A stretch of 64,000 bases of DNA, taken from NCBI GenBank assembly GCA_964016885.1, contig OZ024745.1, forward strand, positions 120,528,001-120,592,000, given 5' to 3'. The notes beneath the pieces were generated by a model. It saw only the letters and a program-made list of their open reading frames with translations. It was not told the origin of the DNA and ran no database searches. This document shows positions 1 to 13,174 of the stretch, one piece after another. Each line of letters opens with the position of its first letter. Positions within the stretch are counted from its first letter, which is position 1. The position numbers and the translations under genes are program-made. This DNA comes from Eledone cirrhosa. Taxonomy: Eukaryota.

Positions 1-318
1 GTGTGTATGTATGTATGTGTGTGTGTATGTATAAATGTGTATGTATATGTGTGTATATATGTATGTATATGTGTCTGTATGTATATATGTGTATATATGT
101 GTGTGTATGTATGTATGTATATGTGTGTATGTATAAATGTATATGTATATGTGTGTATATATGTATGTATATGTGTATGTATGTATATATGTGTGTATAT
201 ATGTGTGTGTATGTATGTATGTATATGTGTGTGTGTGTATATATATAGTGTGTGTATTTATGTATGTGTATCATCATCATCATTATCGTTTAACGTCCAT
301 TTTCCACGCTAGCATGGG

Positions 319-353
<35 letters not shown>

Positions 354-433
354 ATATGTATATGTGTGTATGTATGTATATGTGTATGTATGTATATATG
401 TATGTGTGTGTGTATGTGTGTATATATGTATGT
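1..433. repeat. Degenerate (GT/AT) microsatellite containing a SINE tail fragment (~270-318)
   Basis: Low-complexity TG/TA repeats; catcatcat...cgtttaacgtccattttccacgctagcatggg recurs across the window. Confidence 0.9.
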
Positions 434-876
434 GTTGATGAAATAAAATAGAGGAAGAAGAGAAAGGATTATGGCTTGTGTGAGGTGGTGGTGGTGGTGA
501 TGATGATGATGATGATGAGGAGGAGGTGGAGGGGGGGGGGGGGCATCAATATGAATAGTAACAAAAATAAACTATTTACCTAACTGCATCATTCCTCCTA
601 AAAAATAAAATAAAAAATAAATAAATATATGAAGGTTTTAAATGTAAACATTTTTTTTAAAATGAGAAGTAGTAGTCTTTCATAAAGAGACATAGAATAT
701 TGTCTTGTTTATGATAAGGATAGTGGGATTATGTTACATTTATGCCTTTCCCAAGAACATTACTAACGGATTCACAAACCATTCAAATCTATCGAGTCAG
801 TAATTCTTCTTCTTGTCATGTCCACAAGAGTGTCAGTCACAAAGCTTGGCTAGATGTGGTTCTGCCAGAGTTGAAC

Positions 877-1047
877 ACATTGTTGTCCTTTCTCATTAAA
901 CTCTGACAAGTCCAATGCTGTACAGGGGTGTTCCAACAGGGGGAATATCAAGAGGTGCTGCCACATTGCTGTCCTTTCTCATTAAACTCTGCCAAGTCGA
1001 ATGCTGTGCAGGGGTGTTCCAGGCAGGAGGCATATCAGGAGGTGCTG
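877..1047. repeat. Two-copy tandem duplication, ~86-bp unit
   Basis: cacattg(t/c)tgtcctttctcattaaactctg...gaggtgctg occurs twice in tandem. Confidence 0.85.
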
Positions 1048-1877
1048 ATAGTCTGTGGTTCGATGTCACAATCACACACAACGTCCCACATTTAAATATC
1101 CCCATTTTGCAAGAGTGACTTTTGCATGTCCAACACTAGATCTTAATCTCTTTAGGCATTTCCACACTGCATAGTTTGTATCTGCTCCAGGGGTGGCAGT
1201 GCCTCACTTACCTTTAACTCCATTGTTGTTACTGTAATGAAGTTTAACTTCACTTTAGTAGATGAGAGAGTCTCACTTCCTTTCTCTCACTCTCTTATTC
1301 ACTGGAAGAAATCTGCTGTATTCAAACCTGGAGAGGATTGGGCTCTGCCAGGTTTTAAAAAATGCCCTAAGAAATACCAAATGCCAATATGGTGCCCCTA
1401 CAACACCCCCATACAACAGGTCCATACCATACTAGATGAGAGATAGGTTTACTCCTGGATAGGATGCTGGTTCATTGAATATAGTTATAAGTTTCATATA
1501 TTACAATTATCTCATAGCTCGCCGAAGTTGGCTTTGCCTTTCATCTTTACAGGGTCAATAAAATAAAGTACCAGTAATGCACTGAGATTATTGCTAGCCT
1601 AATGCCTAAAGTAGAAACAATTATTATATTTCAACTAGCAGAAACATTGCCCTCAAGGTGGTTTTCTTTTAGTCAATGTATACAAATGTATGAAAAGGGA
1701 AAACTATATTTTTCACAAGCAAATGATATGAAATTTCACCAACATATCTCATATTACAGTTTATTTAATTTAATAATATTTCTTCTCTATAGAACAAACA
1801 AGATAGACACATTGACCCAGAAACACACACCTATATATATAAGAAAATGTTCAGAGGAAATGTTCAAAGGAAATGTT

Positions 1878-1955
1878 CAGAGCTCAAGACGTTTTGACAA
1901 CTACTTCTGGACTAAATTCAGTCCAGAAATAGCCGTCGAAACGGCTTGAGCTCTG
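1878..1955. repeat. Fold-back hairpin with 36-bp arms; related sequence at 46462-46516
   Basis: cagagctcaagacgttttgacaactacttctggact-aaattc-agtccagaaatagccgtcgaaacggcttgagctctg. Confidence 0.85.
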
Positions 1956-2046
1956 CTGTCGGGGTCTTAAACATTTTCCTACTACCCACTCTACTACCCA
2001 AAGTATTGAGTACTCCTGGTTCCTTACCACACTTCCTTCGTTATAT

Positions 2047-2089
<43 letters not shown>

Positions 2090-2361
2090 CAGTTGTCCCG
2101 CGATATTCGTGGGGGTTAAGTTCCTAGAGAAAAACCACGAATATTGGACGTAGTCCATAAAAATACCTATAAACATCAAAATATAATTTAAAAAAAAAGA
2201 GGGAGTGTCTTATATGAAGGGGCGCCCAATAGCCTGGCAAAAATGGTATATTGTTATTAATAATTTAGCGTTAAAAATATATATATATTGCCACAAAAAC
2301 TATCGCGGAAGATATTTACAATCCCGCGAATAACCAGGACCACGAATGCGGGGGTATACTG
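2090..2361. mobile_element. Tc1/mariner (Tigger/pogo-like) MITE
   Basis: Imperfect TIRs CAGTTGTCCCGCGATATTCGTGG / CCACGAATGCGGGGGTATACTG, inserted after TA. Confidence 0.65.
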
Positions 2362-2378
2362 TCTGTATATTTATTTAT

Positions 2379-2575
2379 TTGATATAAAGAGTGGTGTGCT
2401 TGTGTGTGGAGATAGTATAAAATAGCTTATAAACAGGGTGAAAACCCTTAAAGACAAAAGAAGTTGCCATTGGTGTTACAATGGTAACTTCTTTTTCTGT
2501 CTTTAAGGGTCTTCACTCTGTTTATAAGCTATTTGACAGCATCTCTGTACATGAGCACACCACTCTTTATATTAA
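2379..2575. repeat. ~195-bp imperfect palindrome
   Basis: atataaagagtggtgtgct...gaagttgccattg-gtgtta-caatggtaacttc...agcacaccactctttatat. Confidence 0.9.
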
Positions 2576-3559
2576 CTTTATCCCCTCAAGATGTTGTAAA
2601 AGTCTGAGAGATCAGCTACACATGTTGAAACATATATATATATCATCATCACCGTTTTACGTCCATTCTTCCATGATAGCATGGGTTAGACAGGTTGTCC
2701 CGTTGTGGACAGTGTCAGTTTGGGTGACCTTGTCTTGCTCATACGGGAACTGATTTTGGCTTGATCTCTACAGCTGGATGCCCTTCCTAACAGCAACCTG
2801 TTAGTGAGTGCTGGGTGCTTTTTTTCCATGGCGCCTACACAACCCCTTTACAGTGTGGGCTGGGTGCTTTTTTGTCATGACACCTCCACGACCACTTTGC
2901 AGTGGGAAGGGGCATATTGTCTAGATGCTTCAGCTTCGGCTTGCACCCGTGAGAAGTCGGGTCTTCTGTATTACTGTGTGACACCAGAGGTCACGGTCCT
3001 GTATCATCGCCTTTGAGAGGTGCAATTAGGCAAGGATGTATATATATATATATATATGGGGAGAGAGAGGGGGGGGGATTAAAATGATAGACTATTTAAT
3101 TGCTTAAATAAAAATATATTCATTAAATATAATAATAAATAATGAAAAATTAATTACTACAATCAATTATGAGCTACATAGCAACACACAAGTTAATTTG
3201 ATAAGTTGCCAATAAGGAGACATCTCAAGGCTTACTAAAACTGCATAAAATAGCAGTAAAATCTTACTGAAATCACACACTAGCATGTTAAAAAAGGAAG
3301 CAGAATCTGAGAATTGGATTAGATTTTGCCATAACTTTGACTAAATATAATAGTCTAATTATAACAAGACATATAAACCCACTGAACAGTAAAAGATGTT
3401 CGGTGGGTTTGCCTCAGTATTATTACAGTATTTTATGTTGTTGAAGTTATGACAAAATCTTCTAATTCAAGCAAGTTGAAGTTGCTCCAACTCATATGGT
3501 ATCAGATGGTGACAACCCAACAGCAAGGTGTAAATACATAGAAAGGTTTTTCAACATAC

Positions 3560-3607
3560 CTTGTTTATTTCGGAGGAAGGTTGGTTCCTTCGAATAGGAA
3601 AAATTAT
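3560..3607 (-). CDS. ABLIM: Internal coding exon (48 nt, phase 1->1), DNFSYSKEPTFLRNKQ
   Basis: ctaattcattctttttcttttcattgtag| acceptor and AAG|gtatgt donor. Phase matches the 154-nt exon, giving HYYRPD-NFSYSKEP, similar to the abLIM HFHRPD...YRKPP segment as I recall it. Confidence 0.7.
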
Positions 3608-4645
3608 CTACAATGAAAAGAAAAAGAATGAATTAGTAAGTCATCAAAAACACCCAAACATAATTTAGATACAAAAAACAAAACTAATATAGCAATACAT
3701 TCTTTAAAAGTACAAAACAGCACTATGACTGCATCACATTAAGTTTTCAATAATAAACATTTTCCATATATCTGTTTACTAGTAAAGGGCCGTAACTCTT
3801 TGCTGCAAAGCATGGCATCCGACCTCTAACGATACTGCCAATCCACCGCCCTTGTCTTATATCTGAAATAATAAACCTGTTTTTAAACAGATTTTGCAAA
3901 ATCATTTCAGGAAGTTATATTTTAATCGTAAAACATTAGCAGTTGGGTATGACATTACATTGAAATAGGATGTTGTCTCCCATCTCTTACCGGAGAGGAC
4001 CAGCTGGAATTTGATTTCGAATGGCAACAAATACATTGACATTTAATATTTACATTACTCTATATATACTATTTTATTTTCACGGTAAAGGCTTTATTTA
4101 CCTCACATAATATTGAATCTGCAAGATTTTGATGTTATTTATTTTGAGAACAATAGCTTAACGTCAGTATGAGAGGCCAGTTACAGCAGGTATGAACAGA
4201 AAGAGGTGAGAGACTTCTGGTTGGATATGGCTGGTTTAAATGCTAAAGGATTAAAATATCATTATTATCACTGTTTAATGGCTATATTCCATGCCTGCAT
4301 GGGTTAGCTAGGTTGTCAGGGCCTCAGGCTAATTGTATTGTATCTTATTAATGTTAGTAGTACAGACTATCAAACCATTCATAATTTTCTAATTAACCAT
4401 CCCACCCCCACCACCATTATTTTTGCTCTTAATTGCTTTTGTTCACATCTATCAGGTAAATACGTTAAGAAATATCTGCTGCCTATAAAGCTCAGTTTTA
4501 GAGACAAGATTTGAACTTATATAACCCTTCCATTGAAAGGTTCCATAAGGATTGTCTACCTAGCCATTGTGACAATTCAGCTTGACCTTTTTGATAACAA
4601 ACAATCTGAAACTAAATCTGGTTCTCTCATACAAAACTGTTTATC

Positions 4646-4874
4646 TTAACCCTTTACCATTTACATTACTCTATATTTTCTATTATATTTTCACAGTAAA
4701 CACTTTATTTCACATAATTATATCACATAATATCGAATTTATGAGATTTTGATATCATTTATTTTGAGAACAATACCTTAACATCAGTATGAGCAGCTGA
4801 TTACAGCCAGTTTGAACAGAAAGAGGTGACAGAATTCTGGTCGGATACAGCCAGTTTAAATGCTAAAGAGTTCA
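4646..4874. mobile_element. TTAA-flanked (piggyBac-type) MITE family; other copies ~4035-4254, 17150-17365, 19980-20553, 23615-23839, 24773-24956, 30623-30815, 31219-31626
   Basis: Shared body with TIRs TTAA|CCCTTTAGCATTTA ... TAAATGCTAAAGGG|TTAA. Confidence 0.8.
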
Positions 4875-5444
4875 GTGTTTATATTCATTTAAACACCTTC
4901 CATCATAATTATATGTAAGAGCCTGTGTTAAATTATGTTCCAAACATCAACTTAATGAGAATGTTAGTTATGTTATTAAAATTCTGACACATTTTTGATT
5001 ATTTTGAAAAATATAAAAAAAAAATATTTGAAAATCATAGACAGTGTCTTTCATTAGAAATATGGTAATGAAAGGGTTAATGAATTGACTTTGTTTGCTT
5101 TTAAGACTCATTATTAGGGTTGGACACCATGCTTTGCAGCATAGAGGTACGTCCCTTTATGATCTGAGTTCAAATCTCGCTGAGGTTAACTTTGCCTTTC
5201 ATCCTTATGGGGTCGATAATATATAGTACCAGTAATGCACTGGGGTAATAGCCGGCCTTGTGCCAAAAGTAGAAACAATTATTACAAAGCAGCGTTTGAA
5301 CGTAGACAATCATCATCATCACCATTGCCAAGGTCATCATTTAATATGACTATACAATAAGTAAAAATATGTCACTGACTAAGCTTTATAAAAAGAACAC
5401 AATATGTCTAGGTAATAACAAGGAAGAATATACCTTGTTAAAGA

Positions 5445-5680
5445 TTACTGTTGCTACTACTACTACTACCACCACTACTACTACTTCTACTGCTATTACT
5501 ACTACTACTACTGCCACCACATCCACTACTACTACTACAACAGACACCACCACTGTTACAACTACTGTTACTACTACTACTACTACTACTAGTAGTACTG
5601 CTGCTTCTACTACCACCACCACTACCACTACTACTACTACTACAATCACCTCCACCACTACTACAATTATTACTACTAGA
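5445..5680. repeat. (ACT/ACC)n microsatellite
   Basis: Trinucleotide run that produces poly-T/V/L ORFs. Confidence 0.95.
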
Positions 5681-6064
5681 AATACCAACTAAACATCCTG
5701 CAAATCATACTGATTGTCTTAAATAAGAAATGACGCATTAGATAATGTAGTCTAAGATACACTGTATCTGATAAAACATAGATGGGAGTGTTAAGACAGG
5801 AAAGTTTTTGATCAGAAGTCGGTCGGCTCTGTTAGAACTAACCTTGGGCTAGACCACAATTAACACACACAGAGATAGCTGATGTCAGTGTGACACTAAT
5901 AATGACAAATCAATAAATTCTAATTTGGACACTACTGAAAGATTTTCTTTTCTTCCATCAAGATTGGCAAAGAGATATTTTACAGTGGTTTCCCATTACT
6001 TTTTTCAGCTTATTCTTGTAAATTTTCAAAATTACAGTCAGTCAATAATAAACCAATTCTAACC

Positions 6065-6353
6065 CAAAGGTCCCCAACCACCGGTACCGAATCATTTGCT
6101 GCAAAGAAATAATTAACTTGTTTAAAATTATATAATAGATAAATTGAATATTGAACTTTAATTTAAAAAGATTTGTTTAGATATTCAATATTCGTATACT
6201 CCATACACCTTTTCTTCCCTTTAATAAATGGCTCGTTTTATTATTGCTCTCTTTATCGAAATACACTTAAATAACACATGTGCAACTACCGGTCCATGGA
6301 AAGATTGTCCAGCATGAAGCCAGTCCATGCTATAAAAAAGGTGGAGACCATTG
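6065..6353. mobile_element. hAT (Charlie-like) MITE with 8-bp target-site duplication
   Basis: TIRs caaaggtccccaacc / ggtggagaccattg; flanks ttctaacc (6057-6064) and gtctaacc (6354-6361). Confidence 0.7.
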
Positions 6354-6591
6354 GTCTAACCCATGCAAGTGTGGAAAATGTGGACATCAAACAATGATGG
6401 TGATGATATACAAATCACAATCAAACCAGAATAAAAGGAAGAGGACCATTTGGCATGGGACTTCTATTTTTAGGAGTCGGCTCCTCTTAACTCTTAACAT
6501 CATCATAATCATTTAACATCCTTTTTCCCCGCTGTCATCACAGACCAGGCAGAACTCAGAGTCGCTGACCTCCAGCGAGTGCATTTTATCA

Positions 6592-7525
6592 TGGCACCAA
6601 TGCTAGGGAGGTTGTCATGTCCATAGCACCAATGCTAGGGAGGTTGTCATGTCCCCAGCACCAATGCTAGGGAAGTTGCCATGTCCCCAACACCAATGCT
6701 AGGGAGGTTGTCATGTCTACAGCACCAATGCTAAGGAGGTTGTCATGTCCCCAGCACCAATGCTAGGGAGGTTGCCATGTCCCCAGCACCAATGCTAGGA
6801 AGGTTGTCATGTCTACAGCACCAATGCTAGGGAGGTTGCCATGTCCCCAGCACCAATGCTAGGAAGGTTGTCATGTCTACAGCACCAATGCTAGGGAGGT
6901 TGCCATGTCCCCAGCACCAATGCTAGGAAGGTTGTCATGTCTACAGCACCAATGCTAAGGAGAGTGCCATGTCCACAGCACCAATGCTAGGGAGAGTGCC
7001 ATGTCCACAGCACCAATGCTAGGGAGAGTGCCATGTCCACAGCACCAATGCTAGGGAGAGTGTCATGTCCACAATACCAATGCTAGGGAGAGTGCCATGT
7101 CCACAGCACCAATGCTAGGGAGGGTGTCATGTCCACAATACCAATACTAGGGAAAGTGCCATGTCCACAGCAATGCTAGGGAGGGTGTCATGTCCACAAT
7201 ACCAATGCTAGGGAGAGTGCCATGTCCACAGCACCAATGCTAGAGAGGTTGTCATGTCCACAGCACCAATGCTAGGGAGAGTGCCATGTCCACAGCACCA
7301 ATGCTAAGGAGGTTGTCATGTCCACAGCACCAATGCTAGGGAGAGTGCCATGTCCACAGCACCAATGCTAGGGAGAGTGACATGTCCACAGCACCAATGC
7401 TAGGGAGAGTGCCATGTCCACAGCACCAATGCTAGGGAGGGTGACATGTCAGCAGCACCAATGCTAGGGAGAGTGCCATGTCCAGAGCACCAATGCTAGG
7501 GAGGGTGATATGTCAGCAGCACCAT
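6592..7525. repeat. Minisatellite, 32-bp unit, ~29 copies
   Basis: agcaccaatgctagggagagtgccatgtccac tandem array with no unique spacers. Confidence 0.95.
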
Positions 7526-7849
7526 TGAACAGTCCTCACAACACATAGTTTGCTGTAATAATTTAGCAGAAAATATCTAAAACGAGTTTATTCAAATGTT
7601 TATAGTATCTTCACTAGTAGACAGATTGTTGTGAATATTTGCAGTAGTAAAGTAGAAACTAATTTTTAATGTGATGCAGTTTTGTATTCTTCAAGAATGT
7701 CTTGCTAATGTGGTTTCCTGTGGTACAGGACATTAAGTGTTAAGTTTAGTTCTTATATTCTGTTCTGTTATAAATACATCATGTACACTACCTCATATGT
7801 AATTAGCATAGGTTGATAAACTACTTAACGAGCAGTTCAAAATGAAATC

Positions 7850-8170
7850 TATATTTCACATCTGGTCCAGACCTATACAGATCTGGCCAGGCCTATTCAT
7901 ATCTGGTCCAGACCTATTCAGATCTGGCCAGGCCTATTCACATCTGGCCCAAGCCTGTTCATATCTGGCCCAGGCCTATTCACACCTGGCCAAAGCCTAT
8001 TCAGATCTGGCCCAGGCCTTTTCACATCTGGCCCAGACATATTCACATCTGGCTCAGACCTATTTACATCTGGCCCCAGTCTATTCACATCTGGTTCAAA
8101 CCTATTCATACCTGGCCCTGACCTATTCACACCTGGCCCAAACCTATTCACATCTGGCCCAGGCCTATTA
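7850..8170. repeat. Minisatellite, 21-bp unit, ~15 copies
   Basis: cctattcacatctggcccagg tandem array. Confidence 0.95.
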
Positions 8171-8964
8171 TTAGCTTTACACAAGCCTGTTCACAATACT
8201 TATGTACAACTATGTGAACAAGACAAGTGGGTGTAGTTTCATAAGAGATGCAACAGAACATATGTAATAACATAATCCCTTTTGATTCAGTTAGAGATAC
8301 AAAGATTATATGATACTGAGTGAACGCATGTGGTTAGGGGGTTTAGCTCATAATCATAAGGTTGTAAGTTTAATTACCAACAGTGCATTGTACCCTTGAG
8401 CAAAACACTCCATGTTGCCCCAGTCCACACGGTTGAAAAAAAAATGAGTTGTATCTATATTTCAAAAACCAGCTTTGTCACACAGTGTCAGTCATAGTGA
8501 ATCACCCTGATAACTATGTAAACAGGACACATAGCTGTGAAATGTTCAGTTCAAATCAAATTGATCAACCGACAAGATCCCAGACATCATTCACTTACTG
8601 AGTGGGATGGAATTCATCAAATTGAATCAAGGAAACAATGTTTCCATTGGTCTTTCCATTGCTGATACTATCTACTGGTTGCAACTCCTGACAGAAAGAA
8701 CAACATGAAATAAAGTATCTTGCTCAAAGACATAATGCATCACCCAGTCAGGGAATTAAACTCACAACCTCACGATTGTGAATCCAATTCTCTAACCTGC
8801 CTTCAGTTACTTGCACATATATTTCATGAACAGGCTATTCTGTTGATCAGATCATCTGGAACAAATGTCATCAGAACTGCCAGATGATACAGCAAATAAT
8901 GTATCCCTGTTATACCACTGTTGATGTAATGGAAAGTTAGTAAAGATGATAATATCACTCTTAC

Positions 8965-9118
8965 CTGGTCTATAATAATGAGTTGTAGAAGATTTACTCA
9001 TTTCTTTGGGGTTGATGCTGGCCCTTTTCATATAGCTGTTATAACCATCTTTCAAATAACTGGTGTTGTAAAATTTACCATAGTTAACATTAAAGGATCG
9101 TTCCAGTGAACTGGTATC
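8965..9118 (-). CDS. ABLIM: Internal coding exon (154 nt, phase 0->1), DTSSLERSFNVNYGKFYNTSYLKDGYNSYMKRASINPKEMSKSSTTHYYRP; abLIM/UNC-115-like linker
   Basis: ctaattcttaactctttccaattttag| acceptor and CAG|gtaaga donor; only one frame is open throughout. The Y-x2-SYL-x-D...Y[ML][KR]...I[ND]P...H[YF][YH]RP pattern matches what I recall of UNC-115/abLIM (HFHRP motif). Confidence 0.75.
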
Positions 9119-9374
9119 CTAAAATTGGAAAGAGTTAAGAATTAGACAACAATATTCTTTGAAAAATAGGTATCAATTACAGTCTTTGAAAACATCAAGT
9201 TTATAACACAAAGAAATCTTTAAATTGTAGCATAATTAAATAATAGAGAACAGCATGGTAATAATGGTATCTGATTTAGGCACAAGGTCAACAATTTAGA
9301 GAAAGTTGATTAAATTGACCTCAGTGCATTACTGGTACTTTATTTTATCGACTTCATAAGGATGAAAGGCAAAG

Positions 9375-9637
9375 ATCTTTATTTATAAGAATGAACATGT
9401 CTGTCTGTCTGTATGCAGGTGATGCATTTCCAGTTTCCATCTGATTTTGTTCAAATTTGATATATAGGTTATTTAGCTTCTGGAGCATGTCAATATATAG
9501 TTAAAATCTTTCTCTCCCCTAAAATAGCAGAGTTCTGAGGCTATTTAAAGACAGCCATGTTGAGGAAAGAGTGGGGGCGGGGTCTTTATTTACAGTGGCA
9601 AAAGGTGTGCCTGGCAATGACAGGCTCTTTTGTTAGT
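9375..9637 (+). mobile_element. Possible non-autonomous Helitron-derived element
   Basis: 5' tctttatatttataagaatg followed by (CTGT)n; 3' gcctggcaatgacaggc hairpin then ttagt (CTAG-like end). Confidence 0.45.
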
Positions 9638-11543
9638 ATATAATAAATAAATTTTATCATTTGTTGATATTTTCTTAAAATACAAAATCTTGTCTTTGAA
9701 ATGGATTTTTTCTTTGATCTACTAAACTGTATTTACTGCAAAGTTGATATATTGCTCAATAAATATTTTTAATATCTATTCTAATACAGTAAAGTCAGTT
9801 AAGTATAATAACAGTCTAGCCACTGTATTATTTTTTATACTGACAGTAATTACTGTTGCTGTAGTTCTTTAGCTCTATGCTAGTCCTAATCAAGAAAATC
9901 TGGGACCCAAAGTATCCTATCTGTAATCATGTAGGATTACATTGTCCAATGCTTCTTATAATTACAGGATGAGATTTGGCTGCTGTTTCTAGGAAGTCAA
10001 TTGACTGTACAAGCTCCCTCATTTGGCTTGCCTACATTTTCATTTTATTCTATCAACAAATGTAGGTTATTATTTATTAACAAACTTAAAAATAACCAGA
10101 GTCAATTTCATAGACAGTAGTTTTTCCTATGTGAGAGATGACCCAAGTAGATAATTGCAGTAAAAGTCACCATGAACCAATAGTTTTAACATATAACAAC
10201 ATAGATATTATGTAGGGAACTCCTTTTGCTGCCAACATAGAATCTATATTATCAAGAATGAGCAGAATTAAACATCAACAAACAAAAGTAGAAACACTGT
10301 TTAACATTGTTTTTTAAAACTATATTTCAATGTCCCTTTTTCTTTCAAGTCTGGAGGCTCACCAGACTGGTGGTTATTCCGGTTTCATTGACATTAAGTG
10401 ACTGAGAGTAAATTACTGCTCCCTGGACAGGGTGCCAGTCCATTGCAGGGTTAACTCCCAGCTCCCACTGGTATTCATTTTCAGTTGAGTGTAGTGGATC
10501 AATGTGAAATGAAGTATTTCGCTCAAGAACACAACACACAACCAGGTCCAGGAATTAAACCCATGACATTATAAGTCTAACGCTCTAACCATTAGGCCAC
10601 ACGCCTTCACCATATTTTAATGTAGAAACAATGAATGTGTTTTTTCATGTTGCTGATTAAATCCTCTGTGATCCCTAGCTTCTTTCACTCATCCTATATC
10701 AGTCCAAGCTTACTTTTGTTATGTTTCTAGATCTATTCATTCTGAATTTGTCCTTCCATTCAACTCACACATCTCTCTATCTCAGTCATCACTCTTACAA
10801 ACAACATTTAATGCTTCTAATCCACAGCTGTCTTTTAAGTACATCAAATCATTCCTTAAATTCTCATTACACAACTAATTAATCAAATTCCTCTCATTTC
10901 TCTCCAGATGTTGCAGATTTCACTGGTCATGAATAATTCATCTGCTAGTCTCATCTCATCTGCCCCACTCTCCCCTCCCTCTCTCCTATCTCTATTTATG
11001 CCCCTCTTTCTATCTCTCCCACTCTCTGTTTATCCCTAGTCCACCCTCTCTCTAATCTCTATTTATCCCCCTCTCTCTGTTTATCCCTATTCCACCCTCT
11101 CCCTATTTATCTCTCTCTTATCCCTATTCACCCCCACACACTAACACACCCACACACAATATTAAACTAATCATCATCTCAATCTGATGAAGAGGTTTCA
11201 TTCATATGAAAACTATTTTCATACAAAATAAAGAAATTAACAAAATCAAGTTTCATGAAAATATCACAAATAATCCAAAAGAAAAATAATGATAAATTAA
11301 ATCATAAAAGAGACACATGTATAATTGTCATGTCTGATATGATATCAATGTAATTCTCAGTATTGCTGTTAATGTGACAAAGATAATGATCTGATATTAC
11401 ATTTAGAAGTGGCATGCTTCTTTTTCCATTTTTGTAAGAATGTAAGATTTTTAAAAAGAGATTTTAAAGGTGGCTAAGTTCCATGTAAATAACGGAAGCT
11501 ATCTAATAGAATTAATTTAATGATGAACATATTTCAGTAAAAA

Positions 11544-11894
11544 TGTGTGTGTATGTGTGTTTGTGTGTGTATCAGTGTATGTGTGTATGTGAGTATGTGA
11601 GTGTGTGTATGTGAGTGTGTGTGTGTTTGTATGAGAGTGTGTGTGTTTGTATGAGAGTGTGTGTGTTTGTATGTGAGTGTGTGTTTGTATGCGAGTGTGT
11701 GTGTTTGTATGTGAGTGTGTGTGTTTGTATGTGAGTGTGTGTATTTGTATGTGAGTGTGTGTATTTGTATGTGAGTGTGTGTATTTGTATGTGAGTGTGT
11801 GTGTATGTGGGTGTGTGTTTGTGTGTATGTGTGTTTGTGTGTGTGTATGTGAGTGTATATGTGTGTGTGTATGTGAGTGTGTGTATGTGTGTGT
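11544..11894. repeat. Compound (GT)n satellite
   Basis: gtatgtgagtgtgtgtgttt-like units. Confidence 0.9.
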
Positions 11895-12567
11895 CTACAA
11901 GGCAGAATATAATGGTTTCTGTTTTAGGCACACAGCCAACAATTTTTTTTGGGGGGAAGTTGATTAAATCAACCCAAGTGCATTACTGGTACTTTATCTT
12001 ATTGACCCCATAAGGATGAAAAGTAAAGCTAACTCAGAATGTAAAGGGACATAACTACATGTTGTAAAGCATGTTGTGCGACGCTCTACCAATTACTGCC
12101 AATCCACCAACTTAAATGTTTATAGTAATAATAATTGTTTCTACATTTAGAGTAAGGCCAGCAATTTGAAGGGAAGGGAAAGGTGATTAAATCAACTCCA
12201 GTGTATTACTGGTATTTTATTTATATTTACCCCATAAGGATGAATGGCAAAGCTAACCTCGGCAGGACTTGAACTCAGAATGAAATACAACTATATACTG
12301 CAAAGCATGTTGTTCGATGCTCTACCAATTACTGCTGATTCACCACAAGGCAGACAATAATGCCACATAATACACACTCAAACATTTAATATAACCAACA
12401 CTTGAGAAACTAGATACATATGACTAATAAATTAACTCTTAACAGTCTGTAATGATTCAACAGAAAATATTTTAAAATAGCTTTGTTAATTCAAATGTTT
12501 ATAGTATCTTTACTACTGGACAGATTGTTCTGAAAAATTGTAGTTTGAGTTTATTGAGCTTTGTACT

Positions 12568-12753
12568 GTGGATTGGCAGTATCGGTAGAGGGTTGGACGC
12601 CATGCTTTGACGCATAGAGTTATGGCCCTTGCCATTCTGAGTTCAAATCCCACCGAGGTTAACTTTGCCTTTCATCCTTATGGGGTCGATAAAATAAAGT
12701 ACCAGTAATACACTGGCTAATTGCTGGCCTTGTGCCAAAAGTAGAAACAATTA

Positions 12754-12757
<4 letters not shown>
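12568..12757 (+). mobile_element. tRNA-derived SINE with Nin/Deu-like core and (ATT)n tail; more than 20 full or partial copies, e.g. + 5117-5283, 43955-44170; - 11908-12110, 12130-12345, 24298-24487, 31395-31577, 32458-32672, 33765-33981, 47240-47400, 63122-63250
   Basis: A-box-like tggcagtatcggtaga, B-box gagttcaaatccc, core gcctttcatccttatggggtcgataaaataaagtaccag. Several copies have 13-16 bp target-site duplications. Confidence 0.85.
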
Positions 12758-12789
<32 letters not shown>

Positions 12790-13174
12790 GCATTGATTAA
12801 ACCTAAAATTAGCTTATATATATATAATTGTTTCTACTTTTGGCACATGGCCAGCAATTACCCCAGTACATTACTGGTACTTTATTTTATCGACCCCGTA
12901 AGGATGAAAGGCAAAGTTAACCTCGGCAGGGCTTGAAGAAAGTACTCGATACTAAAATAGTAATATGTATACATATTAAACTTCCAGAAATTAAACATAG
13001 CCTAGTAAGTACACTGAGTTCCTTGTGGAAACAGTCATTGCAAGAAAAAACCTGCTCCCAAATTTATATATATATATATATATATATATTAATAATAATA
13101 AATTTGAAGACTAAAATCCAAAGAGGGCTCGATAAGGATAAATATATATCAAATATATAAGAACCGTAGAGCAA

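Noticed and set aside
6592-7525. CRISPR-like regular 32-bp array
   Set aside because: No unique spacers, no cas genes, eukaryotic context; it is a minisatellite.
11184-11225. CTGATGA...GAAA possible hammerhead
   Set aside because: No convincing stem II or stem I.
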